From: Cycas panzhihuaensis
Taxonomy: Eukaryota > Plantae > Cycadophyta
DNA length: 64,000 nt
Reading direction: 5' to 3'
Assembly (NCBI GenBank): GCA_023213395.1
Contig: CM041465.1
Location: 75,523,741-75,587,740 of the forward strand
Below the pieces are notes generated by a model, which saw only the letters and a list, made by a program, of their open reading frames with translations, made no database searches and was not told the DNA's origin. A program made the translations under genes and the position numbers. The first letter of the stretch is position 1. Each line of letters opens with the position of its first letter. Below, in pieces: positions 1-12,457 of the stretch.

Positions 1-3000
1 CATCTACTACAAGAGATGGTTCTCTCAAAAGAATGACATTTAATGAATTTGAAAGTCTACTACTTCAACAAGAATAAATCTACACCAAGGATAATGAGGA
101 GGAACCATCCACATCAAGTGCATTCACGGCCAAATCAAAGGCCAAGCAGAATCCAAAACCTGCACTCTCAAAGCAGTTTAGGAACATGAACATTGGGTCC
201 TCAAGGACCAATGTTGTATGTCATTATTGTGGAAAACCTGGCCACATAGCACCTGATTGTCAGAAAAAGCAAGCGGATCTACGTCCAAAGCAAAGAACAA
301 CCACGATAACCAAATCGGAATAAAGATCCACGTCAACAATACCAACAAAGATTCCAAAGAAGAATAACAAAGAAGAATAGCAACCCCCTCAACCAAATCG
401 AGGTGCCTATCGAGGAGGTCAAAGAGGAAGGGGGGGTTTTAGAGGTGGCAATCAACGCCACTTTGATCAGTTTGCAGATGAAGACAAATTGTTTTGTGCA
501 TATCAAACATCCAAGGTTGATGAAACTTGTATTATTGATTCTGGAGCTTCACAACACATGACTGGAAGTGAAGAGCTCCTCACCGACATCAAGGAAGATA
601 AAGGTCAATCAGTGACCTTTGGAAACAATCAATCTGTTAAAATTTCTAGAATATGCACAATAACTCCATTTCATTCTTCATCAAATCCTTCCTCCTCATT
701 TCCCAATGGCAATGCTTATTTCATACCTTCAATAGACAAGAACTTACTATCTGTTAGCAAGTTGGACAAGCAACAGATGAGTGTCTTGTTCAAAAATGGA
801 AAATGTGTAATCAGTGACAAAGATGACCAAGTAGTAGCTGTTGAATATGAGGATCAAGGCCTCTACAAATTGGATGCAAATAATATTACACTTGATTATG
901 CTTACTCTGGTTCAATTGTCACTCCATACTTGTCCAAGATGCAACTTTGGCATCAATGTCTAGGCCATTTGAGCTTAGACAACCGAGGCGATGATCAACA
1001 AGAATATGGTACATGGGCTTCCAAAGATCTATGGCACAAAATGTCTTTGTGAAGCATGCATTATGGGGACTCAGCATCGCTTGCCTTTCCCTAAAGGCAA
1101 AGCATGGAGTGCATCACATCCTTTGTAACTGATACACTCAGATTTCTGTAGACCTATGTCCAACGCATCTTTTGGAGGAGCTTTATATTACATCTCCTTC
1201 ATTAATGACTTTTCTCACAAAGTCTGGGTCTACTTCATCAAGCACAAGTATGAAGCTTTTTCCAAATTCAAAGAATTCAAGCTTGAAGTAGAAAATGAGT
1301 CTGGCCACTCAATCAAAACATTAAGGACAGACAACGGAGGTGAATTTACTTCAAATGAATTCACTCAATAATGCAAGGATAACGGCATTCGGAGACAACT
1401 GACTATTCCTCACACTCCTCAACAAAATGGGATCTCCGAGAGAATGAACAGAACTTTGGCTAATAAAGCCAAAGCAATGATAGGACTCACTCGAGCTTCG
1501 GTAAGCATTTAACATGACCTATGTGGCCAATCGCGATCCAACTACAGTGCCCACCAATATGACACCGAGGAGGCATGGTGCAGCAAAATCCAATCACAAC
1601 CATTTGAGGACTTTTGGGTGCACTGCTTATATGCACATCCCCGATCAGCAAAGGACAAAATTAGACAAGCATAGTCTAAAATGCATCTTTGTAGGATATG
1701 TCATTCACAAAGAAAGCCTACAAGTTGTATGACCCCATGGGGAAGAAAATGCATCTCTCAAGAGATGTCATTTTCTTGAAGAAGATCATAAGGAGTTGCA
1801 AACAACATCCCCGCAACCTTCCATTGACAACTGCAGAAGAAGATTGTTGAGGCTTTCCTTCCTCTCAATCTTCTACACCATGTACATCATCTCGCACTTT
1901 GGACCGCTCACATCATCTCGATCCGCTACACTTGATCCAAGCACATCTTACGTTGACCAACCACTTAGACCGTAAAAATCTTGAGGTTCAAGTTACTTCG
2001 ATTCAAAAGTTACCAAAATGGTACACTCAGACAATTTAGGACGGCCACATTATTGAAGGAAAATGTCCATCAAAATATAGGCAGCAAACCAATTATGCAC
2101 TTATGGCTGAAGTGCTATGTGTTGATGAGCCTTCCACTTTTGAGGAGGCTTCCAAAAATGAAAATTGGAAGGCTACCATGGATGAAGAAATCCATTATAT
2201 TGAAAAGAATAGCACTTGGGATTTAGTTGAATTGCCTAAACACAAATAGGCAATCAGTTGCAAATGGGTCTACAAGACCAAATTCCATTCTGATGGTTCA
2301 CTTAAGCGGCAGAAAGCCCGCCTTGTGGCAAAAGGATTCAAAAAAAAAGAAGGCATAGACTATGAGGAGACTTTTGCACCATTGGCAAATATGAACACCA
2401 TTAGACTCATCTTGGCTTTAGCTACTCAATGCAAATGGCCAATCTATCAGATGGACATGAAGAGCGCCTTTCTTAATGGCAATATTCAGGAGGAGGTATA
2501 CTTAGAGCAACCTCCCAGCTACAAAGTACAAGGCAAGGAGCATTTTGTGCGTCGCCTTAAAAAGGCGTTATATGGCTTGAAACAAACTTCAAGAGCATGG
2601 TACTCAAAGATCGATAATTACTTCTTGAGACATGGGTTTCATCGATCTACTTCAGATCCTAATCTGTATATAAAACATGAAAAGAACCATGTGATTTTTG
2701 TCGCCTTGTATGTAGATGACTTAGTAATCACTGGCAGTGACACTAAGATGATACACATTCTCCAAGATGACTTGAAGAGAAGTTTCGAGATGACAGATCT
2801 TGGACTTCTCCATTATTTTTTAGGCTTTGAGATATGGCAACAGCCAGGTTATATCTTCATCTCCCAAGTGAAATATTCTTAGGACATTTTGTAACAGTTC
2901 AGGATGCAAGACTACAAACCAGTGCCTACACCAATGGAGAATGGATCTAAGCTTACTCTCAATGAGGAAGCTGCACCAACAGATCCCACACTTTACCGGC

Positions 3001-4210
3001 AGTTGATTGGAAGCCTCGTCTATCTCACCAACACTCGACCGGACATTTCATTTGCAGTTGGGATTTGCTCACGATACATGTCTCAACCCAATCAAATACA
3101 TTGGAATGCAGCTAAACGCATACTTAAATATATCAAAGACACATTGCGGATGGCCTTGGTATGCGCATAATGAGAACTTCACTCTGGAAGGGTTCTCAGA
3201 TTCTGATTGGGCAGGTTGCCAAGATAGCAGGAGATCAACCTCGGGATATTATTTTTCCCTTGGTTCAGCAGTTGTTTTGTGGAGTTGCAAGAAGCAACCC
3301 AATGTTACCTTGTCCTCCACCAAAGCAGAGTACAAAGTCATGGTCGTGACTTGTGAAGCTATCTGGCTACAACGGATTCTTGGGGAACTTGGACTTGAGC
3401 AAAATCACCCCATCATGATATATTGTGACAATCAAAGTGTACTCAAGTTAGCCAAGAATCCAATTTTTCATGCACGGACAAAACACATCGAGGTTCACCA
3501 TCACTTCATCAGAGAGCATGTGCAGAATGGTAAGATCAACCTCCAATACAGACCTACAGAGGAGCAGACAGCAGATATCTTTACCAAGCCTCTTGGTAGA
3601 GAAAATTTGTAAAATTCAGAGATGGTCTTGGTGTCCGACTTAACATTGTAAACAGTAAGGGGGGGTGTTAAACCTTATGTTTACATGTTACGATAATGTA
3701 CTTTAATTTTTATGTAATATGTGTACTTTTGTACTTCAGGGGTGACTTATCACTTAAGTGATAAAGTGTACACCCACATTCTTTCTAGTGACACAACGTT
3801 GTCATTAAAGGGTCAAATGGACCCTTTGCTCACATGAGAGCCCAAAAGGACATATGTCCTACATGCAAGGCATGTATCTTAGATGTTTGGCACTTGTCAA
3901 ACATCCAAGGCCTTAGGGGTCTCATTTCACTCTATATAATGAGATCTCTTCTCATCGTCTCATAAGAGAGTTGGAGATGTATTGTTATGCTGTCTGTTTG
4001 CTAATCAAACTGTTTATTCTTTGGAGGTTGGACCAATTCCAACTCCACACATTTGGTATCATTTCTCTTGCTCCTTCATTTTATGCTTTGTCTCTTATGC
4101 TTTCTTTCATCTTGAGAGTATTATACTTGTTAAGTATTTGTTCTTCTAGAACTAGAGTGATCCTAGCTTCTAGATCTTGGGGCTATGAGGCCATTAGGCC
4201 TCTTTTCACA
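1..4210 (+). mobile_element. Ty1/copia LTR retrotransposon A (5' part outside window), disrupted gag-pol plus 3' LTR
   Basis: Copia domain order: zinc knuckle CHYCGKPGHIAPDC (~217-260), protease IIDSGASQHMTG, integrase (LRTDNGGEFTS), RT (QMDMKSAFLNG, LYVDD), RNase H (FSDSDWAG, ADIFTKPL). PPT AAGGGGGGG at 3657-3665 abuts TG at 3666. Multiple stops and frameshifts. Confidence 0.95.
3666..4210 (+). repeat. 3' LTR of copia A
   Basis: Starts TGTTAAA right after the PPT, contains TATATAA (~3933), and ends TTTTCACA at 4210, where another element's RNase H reading frame begins. Confidence 0.8.
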
Positions 4211-5224
4211 TAAGAATCTTGTATTTCACAATCATACCAAACATACCAGTACAAAAGTCTACAGGATTCGAGAACTTGTTCAAGACAGCACGATTCATCT
4301 AGATTACTGCCCAACAACAAATCAAGTCGCTGATATCTTCACCAAACTGCTACAAAAGGTGAAGTTTGAACAATTCAGAAAATAGCTCGGCCTTTAGGCC
4401 TCCATTTCCAACTAATAGGAGGAGATGATGACAGGAACATCATACTCAGTCTTATTCGTGAAAACCCATTATGGGCGTGGAAGAACCTATGTAAGTCTCT
4501 GCTCTATCCCATTCATGAAAACCCCTTGAGGGCGCAAAAGGATAAGGGTGGTACTAGTTTTAAAAATCAAAACCTATGAAAACTAAAAAGGGCATGGGGG
4601 ATGACAAAACGGTATATAAAGACTCAGCAGACTTAGCTGGAAATATATTACACTGCTTGGCTATCTAGCTGCATTCAAAGAGCCACTTGAGCCAAAATTG
4701 TTAGTCCATATAAGTTCGTGGATTTTTATTCCCCTAAGAGTTTTCCCACAAAAGTGTCATGTAGCCCATTGGATTTTCTTTCAATGTAATAATAAGGCTC
4801 AAATGAAGACCTCATAGAATAGATCAGAATAGGCCAAAATGACCTTCCACCATTAAGGGGAGAATTGAAAGGTGTTAATGCCTAAGGTCATTTGCATTAG
4901 AATTAGATTAATAAGAGTCATTTCATAACTTAGAAAAAGTGACTCTAATATAATGATATAATACTCACTTAAGTGAAATGCACTTTATGTGCATCTATGT
5001 AATTTCACCTAAGTTTCATGTGAATTTATTTAGGCGGGAAAACCCTAATCAAATTCTCTTATCAATAAAAGGTGAAATCCAAAAGAATGACTTAGTGATT
5101 TCATCTCCTATTTTGAGCTCTCAAATTTGCCTCTTATATCTTGAGTGCATTCTTACTCTTGTCTCCATTCATGTTTGCTATTGTGAAGTGTTAGAGTGGG
5201 CAACCTAGATCCATTACTCCAACA
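4211..5224 (+). mobile_element. 3' end of copia B (same family as C): RNase H tail, 3' region, PPT and 3' LTR (4866-5224)
   Basis: KNLVFHNHTKH...QVADIFTKLL RNase H tail; PPT AAGGGGAGAA at 4855-4864; LTR TGAAAG...CCAACA. The 3' region and LTR align with the reverse complement of element C. Confidence 0.88.
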
Positions 5225-6173
5225 ATTCAATTATCTTAGGTTTTTAATATCATGAGCAGAGCTTTGTAGTTCTTCCATTATTTCTATAATTTCTATCTCA
5301 AGTATAAATTTTCTAATAGCTCAAAATATGGACTCTTAAATTAGGATTTCAATGCTTCGCTTAAAATCGAAATCTAATCCCTTAGGGGAAGTTATAGCCC
5401 TTTTAAGGTGGGTTGCGATGAGGTTTTTCTGGAGATTGTAACAATACCTATTACTAAAATGCTAATAACTTTTTACTCTGATATCTAATAGGTCTGAAAC
5501 CACTTCCAACGAAAAGTAGACATCAAAACACACAGATTCAAGAAAAAAAAAAAATGAGGTCAATTGAACACTTGTAGTCAAAGTTATGGCTGTTTGAAGT
5601 TGCAATAGCATTGTTTAAGTCATAAAAACAATGATGGACAATAGATCGAAACTAAATTCCTTATAATTTTCACAATTTCACTCTAAAACCTATAGTATAA
5701 CCACTTAAAATTTGCAAAGTATGCATAATCCACTCGAATTTAGGATTATTTCTTTTTTAAAAAAATTATTTATACTCCTGAAAGTGTAGATTTTTGATAC
5801 ACCAAAAATGAAGCTCTAATACCACTTGAAATAATCATAAATTGGATCCACTTCCTCAAATACAAAAGACAATAAAAATAAAATATAAGATGAAGTTCCT
5901 AATAGCCAAATGGTCAAAAAAACCGAAATGAATTAACTCACAAAAAATAATTTACAAATGAAGGATAATTCTCTAAGGGGCCAAAATTGACCACCTTTAA
6001 AAAATCGAATTCCTAATAATAATAAAACCAATTTCAAATGATAATAATAAAATGCCTACTCTCTAATAATAATAAAACTGACTTCTAATAATTGCAATTG
6101 AGGTTGAATTCTATTAATCCATGATCTAACCATAACTATGGCCAACTTCCATTAATGGTATAGGTCCCCAACA
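5225..6173 (-). mobile_element. Degenerate LTR retrotransposon 5' end (leader, PBS, probable LTR 5827-6173)
   Basis: GCTCTAATACCA at 5813-5824 is the reverse complement of a tRNA-iMet PBS with one change; followed by TGAAAT...CCCAACA. Confidence 0.55.
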
Positions 6174-6199
6174 ACACATTCTGAAAGCATTGAGCTCTG

Positions 6200-8096
6200 T
6201 TTAAAAGTCGTTTATACATGTTGAACATTAGACCTTGTGCCTGGGCAACAAAGAGGTTGTTGGCACCTTCCATGGACATGATTTGATCTATTTCAGGACT
6301 TTTCTAACTCGTGTTTATGGCATGGTGATGTATTATATTATGCATGGATGTTTAGATGCTTGGCTTGGAGTTAATTCTCTTGTTTGAAAGTTGTTGGCTC
6401 GTTTATGCTAATGGGAATACTAGCATGGTGCGTCGTGATTTGTTAGAGATATAGCAATTTATAATCAAGATTATATTCTTCCCCAAGATTACAAACCATA
6501 TGTTATGATAGCAATTATTAATTACTCATCTTTGTGTATTTTTTAAATCACGTATACATTAAAAGCTACACCCACGTCTCTTTAGAGGAAGCCATTGCAC
6601 ATTGGAATAAAAATTCTTGATTAATGAGCGATTTAATCACACACTAGAAGCATAGATTTGAAGCATTGAGAGTGGAGATGATTCCGAGCATGTCGGAAGC
6701 CATGCAAAGCTAATTTGGAGTGTGTTTGTTGCTCATTTGGAAACTATGTTTATTGTACAAAGTTGCATGGCGAATACTTTGATGTTGATAAAATTTTATA
6801 GTAAGAGCATGTGTAGATTAGCTACGTTGAAACCTTGTTCTAACATGGAGATGACATCTGATGATCCTACTTGATGAGAGCTATTTTTAGAGCTTGTTTG
6901 GAACGTGAACACATATTGCAATGGAGCATGTTGTGTGCATTTATGAGCCACTATGGGTGGTATGATGGTTTGCATATATGTCAGATCAAGTGATACATTA
7001 TGTTTGCTATTTTCCTTAAAACGTAAGTGAATTAATGTATTCCATTTAAAAGATTATGATACATGTGAGAGGCAATGCAACGCATTTGGATAGTGTAAAG
7101 TTATGAAGCACAGAAACCACATATATGAAGCACAAGACTACATTTGTAGTATGTGAAAATCGATATGAAGCATGGAGGCCATATATGAAGCATAAACATT
7201 GCATTTGAAGCATTAAAGTGTTGTCCTAGAATGTTTGAAGGGGTGCGAACATTTAAAACATAATCAAAACTCATGTCTCAAGCCGTCATGAATCCATTCA
7301 AGCTCTAGATTACGTAGTGTGCAAAAGAAGCCATTGTTGGGCAGCCTTTGCACAGTTCCAAGAGAAGGGCTAAGCCCATCAATGGGTGATGAGCTTTTTC
7401 AAAGATATGACATGGAAAAAAACCACAAAAAAAGTAGATTCAAGGTGCCTTCTAGAACTAGGCATATTAATTGTTGATTAGAGTAATCTAAAGGAGATCT
7501 TGAATAGACAAAGTTTAGAGCTACAAACTAATGAAACTGCCATTAACTCTAGATCAGGCAACACTAATTCTAATTCACGACCTAATGAAACTATCATTAA
7601 CCCTAGATCAGACAACACTAATTCTAATTCACGACCTGAAACAGATACATTAGTGCGAGATTCGTGTTGATTTAGAAACTTACTGAAATTATCCTTAAAG
7701 GAGGGTGTGTTAAATGCAAATAAAATAGCAATGACAATTTTATCCTTTGTTGGAGATTTCTAATTATAGACAAAATCCCCACTTTCGTATTAAGGGAGGA
7801 TGTTAGAGTGACAATTTAGGTTAATTGCTTATGGTTAATGCTAAGTGGTGATTAATTAATGTTAATCCAAAAGGCACGAATGCCAAGAGTTGCAACCACT
7901 AATAAATGCACCATTTAGGTGTTGTATAAACCCTTAAGTGGCATTTGTAATATGGCTCATCCATATTAAGGAAGATGTATCAATCAAGATTAGAAGAAAT
8001 GTAGTCGATCATTTTTTCTATATGGATTTTTTCTCAAAAAGATTTTGCCATATAAAATTGTGCACTATGTACTATGCTCTTGAATGTTTACTTACA
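6200..8096 (+). mobile_element. Highly decayed copia-like 3' remnant with PPT and LTR start at 7801
   Basis: Weak RT/RNase H-like remnants; purine tracts at ~7697-7705 and 7792-7800, each followed by TGT; TATAAA at ~7925. Boundaries approximate. Confidence 0.4.
7528..7635 (+). repeat. Tandem direct repeat, 2 x 54 bp
   Basis: CTAATGAAACT...CTAATTCACGAC occurs at 7528-7581 and 7582-7635. Confidence 0.9.
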
Positions 8097-8404
8097 TAGG
8101 TATGATCAAGATCCAGGTTGTGTTTAGAAATACAAGATTTTATAGTTTCATGTTTCTTCACAAAATTGCCCACAACTACATTATTTCCACATAGTCACTT
8201 CGAAATTTTGAATTTTGATGCCCTAAGGGTCTACAAACACAATAGTTCCTCAATCTTCTTCCAACGAAATTCTCTAATAATGAATTTCCCTAACTCCAAA
8301 TCATTTTTTGAATTTGAATCTAGCTCAACAACCTTACATAGAATTTGCGCTCCACACTAGATTCCCAACTCTTTATGAAATTATCACTCCACTCATAAGA
8401 TTTG

Positions 8405-8416
8405 GCTCTAATACCA
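8405..8416 (-). promoter_or_regulatory. tRNA-iMet primer binding site of a decayed minus-strand LTR element (LTR begins 8419)
   Basis: GCTCTAATACCA, then AA, then TGTGAG. Confidence 0.6.
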
Positions 8417-9499
8417 AATGTGAGAATTAAATGAACCAAGAACATAACCAACAAAAAATATTCCAATAGAATTAGTCCAACTTCAAATATTTGCATTGAT
8501 TCACAACTCAACTTATATGTGCAAGCCACATTGTAAATATAAATATATATGTTGACCAATAATTGCCCATCAACCTAGTAACTACCCTAAAACGTGTCAT
8601 ACAACCATTCGAGATCTTATAACCCCCAATTGATTCAACTAACCACTAAGACTCATAGCGTTAAGTTATGACATGTGTAGACATTAATTCCAGTGTTTAG
8701 CACCTCTAGCATTACTTATTCCTAAGTGAGTTAGATTGTCCCCAAATTTGAGTGGTCTTAGCTCTATAATTTAACTAATATCCTTATTAATCTTTAAAAT
8801 TTTCACTCCCACTTCCCTTAAGCACACTTAGAGTTTTTAGGTCTTCTTTACCTACTATGTTTTCTTCTTCTATAGTACTTAGATCCAACCAATCCTCTTC
8901 CCCCACCATGTCATATTCTTTATCTATATAATCTACCTCATCCATTTTTTATGTTATTACACTTAATTCCATATCTATTTCATAATCTTCTTATTATATT
9001 GCTTTTAGACATAGTGGTGCAGTTCGATAAGTGCCCCTCTCTAGACTCAATGAAGTTTCTCCTTTATATATTGTTTGTAATACTCCTTTTACGAATACCA
9101 GTTTGAAGGCTTCTTCTCCTACAATTGCCTTCGCCTTCTTTCTTCTAAATATCTTAACCTAGGGTAATTTGCTCAATTCCCTCTTAAGTTCTCCATCTCA
9201 CTAACTCTTCTCATGGCCTATCTCTAGCAGTGACTCTTAATCGTGGGTAAGTGCTTAGTTAAACCCCAAGTTTAACACAAGTAGGATTCTCAACTTCCAC
9301 TTACAAGTGTACTAACAACCCTGATCTATTAAAAGATCTAATAATTAAAAGAGTGTAAGGAAAGTGAAGGGCTAAGCTTTTTAAATGGTCCAACCCTAAT
9401 TTATAAAGTAGATCTAATAGTTGGCCAAAAACAATTTTTAGAAATAAGTAGGTAGAGTTAATCTACACAATCCTACCATGCTTTCCGTGAAGTTCATTA

Positions 9500-11315
9500 G
9501 TCTAATAACTCCATTTTCAAACCTTCTTTCCCACAAAATTAAGTCTTAATTGTTCTGCATTGGCCATACAACGGGTTGGTCCCCTTAGGAATGCACCAAT
9601 CTTAAAACTTGAAGTAAGGTAAAAACCTTTTTTTAACCTCTCAACCTAAAAATTTTAATTAATTTTAAATCAAATAATGCCAAATGGAGTTATTTGAATT
9701 GCTCAAATAACTTGAATACTTACTTGAACTTGAAATTGTTGCTAGGTATGATGCTTGAAGAATAAAATTATTTACTTATAGTGCTTTTAAGGGGTCCTTC
9801 TTTAGTGCTTGAAGTAAAGAATTTACCAAATACATGAGCAATTTTTTACGAAAATAAGCACACCAAGACACTTCATGACCTTAAAATGGTCCTAACATAC
9901 ATTAAAATTTGATTTTTATTAACATTGTTTTATTTTTCGAGCTTGATTTGATACCAAATAATGAAGTAGGTCACCTCACAAGGAGCCTTAAATCACTTAT
10001 AAACGTGAAATTTTCACTCAAAATAATAAGAAACTATTAAAAACTATTTAAAAAATAGTATTTTGATCAATAAAAATACTTGCAAAATTTTTAAAAATGC
10101 TAAAATAATCAAAATTTATAATGAAAAAGTGATTTTATACTTAAAAAATAATAATAATAATCACTTAAATCATAAACTTAGAAAAACATGGCCTGATGTT
10201 ATTGGAATATTTCTAAAATATTCCAAATGATATGACATAAAGTTATATCTTCAAAGTTGAAAATTGAAATTTTTTCAAAAAAATTGATCTACTCATAGTC
10301 GTGCAACTCAATTTTCAGTAAATCGATCGTAACTCATTCGATGATCAACAAAATAGCCCAAAATTTTAGGAGCACAATTTCAGGAGCACATATGTATGCA
10401 AATGTCAATGAGAGCTAGCTTTCAAATGGCAAGAATCCGTTGAGTATTAAGTTTTTTAAACTTGAACAATTTGGACAACTGCCACTTCTTTGAGTCCTCT
10501 TTCTTCATAGAATCTAATCTTGATCACTACAGCGATATCTTTATAAGAAAAGGTGCCAAATCAAGGGTTTTACTACAAAAATAATGCCCAATAATGGCTT
10601 GAGTTCCCAACTGAGTTCAGATGGAGTGCAGGGTTGTTTTCTCTCCAAAAGAGAGCAAACGAACAGATTTCCACATCATGAATTACCTACAGCACACAAA
10701 TTAGGTCTACACAATAGAAAAAAATCTAAAAATTCTCACTTTTCCTTCAACAAGTTAAAAAAGCTCAAAAAAATAATGAAAATAATTTTTTTATAGTATT
10801 AAACTTAAAAAACAATGAAAATCTGAAATTTTTATAAGTTCGAAGAGAAGCCCAATAGTCTTGAATCGCCTTTGTACTACAAAGGTCATCACCAAGGGAT
10901 GGCTCTTAAGAACTAGCCTCCAAATCCACAACTAAAACCCCAACCAAGTAACTCTAATATCAAAATAATGAATGTGGATCATTTGGGAACAATGGAGGAA
11001 TAAACTAAGATGATTAGCGTCAACACTAAACTAAATATGAGTAAGCATATAAGCACAATAAGAAGTGGAGGAGGAGGAATTGATCCTAGCTCCAACAAGA
11101 TTAGCTTGTATTCAACTCAACAACATAATAGTACGTCTTAGTCTCCCAATAGATACATAAGAAAATAGTCTCATATATATAGGTGAAAAAGTACCACTTT
11201 GGGGTGTTGCATATTTGAGAAAGTACCTTGCATGTTGAGCAATTGTCCAATCGTGCATGCATATGTGCAAATATACAAAAAGAGGGTAAAAGGTCCATTG
11301 ACCCATAAGTTACAA
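9500..11315 (-). mobile_element. Decayed leader/PBS/LTR of a minus-strand LTR element
   Basis: 10861-10962 (TTGAATCGCC...GGTCATCACCAAG...ACTCTAATATCA) mirrors the PBS-proximal leader of copia D at 32690-32781. Boundaries approximate. Confidence 0.45.
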
Positions 11316-11741
11316 CATAATACACACTAAAGAAGTGTGGGTGCGTACTTTACATAGTAAGTGAAAAAATACCTTTACATAATACATAACCTAGTAATAG
11401 AACATGGAGGTTCTAATAATTGGATCTAATGAAAACAATCTAACCAACATTATTAGGCTATGAATCGAATTGGTATACTCAGTCAACTCATACCAATGAA
11501 TGACCACTTATTAACAATGTGAATCTTGCTCATTGATTATGCCTCTCTCTCATTCCACTCTAATCAATTACACATTCATCGCCTCCAAACACATGAAACA
11601 ATAAATAGACAAGATCTTGATATATTATTAGTAAAATATCATCAATTAAAATTCTCTCATAACCCTAATAAACAATAACAAAAATGATACGAATCTTGTC
11701 ACCCTAATTAATGTCTTTTAGCATCTTAAAATTGATCTTAT

Positions 11742-12102
11742 TTTTTAGGGAATGGATCGAGGGATCTAGTGCACTAACACTACACAATGGCAAATAGTGG
11801 AGACAAGCACAATGTACTCAACAAGAGAAATGCTAATAGCTTGAGCTTAAAGAGGAGAAGTGTAGAATATATGATCACTCTCTATGTAATTTCAGCTTAT
11901 ATAATGAGAATGTTCATTAAAATTTGGAATTTAAGTTTTCCCTCCTAATGACATTCAAATGAGATTACATGAAATTACAATGAAATGAACTTTATGTCAT
12001 TTCACTTAAGCATAGTCACCTTACCCTAAAGTTATAAACATAAAAGTGACTTTATCTAATTCTAACTTTATGAAATGACCATGTGACATTAACATCGTCA
12101 CA
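11742..12102 (-). repeat. 3' LTR of copia C
   Basis: Direct repeat of 19153-19522; on the + strand the terminal TG has decayed to TT. Confidence 0.95.
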
Positions 12103-12457
12103 ATCCCCACCTTAATGACAGAAGGTCGTTTTCCTTTATCCTATTCTAATTTATGAGGTCTTCATTTTAGCCTCATCATTACATTGAGAAAAAAACATTC
12201 TACAACCTACAAGACACATTTGTGGGAAAACCCTCAGGGGAATAAAAACCCACAGACTTGACTTCCTATTCTATGAAGTGGCTCAGGCGGCTCTTTGAGT
12301 GTAGCCAGATAGCCAAGCAGTACAAGTTGGTTGTGCAGCTTCAATCTGCTAAGTCTTCATATACCGTTTCATCATCCCCCATGCCCTTTCGGGTTTTCAT
12401 AGGTTTTAATTTTTGAAACAAGTACAACCCAACTCCTTTCGTGCCCACGAGCTGCAA

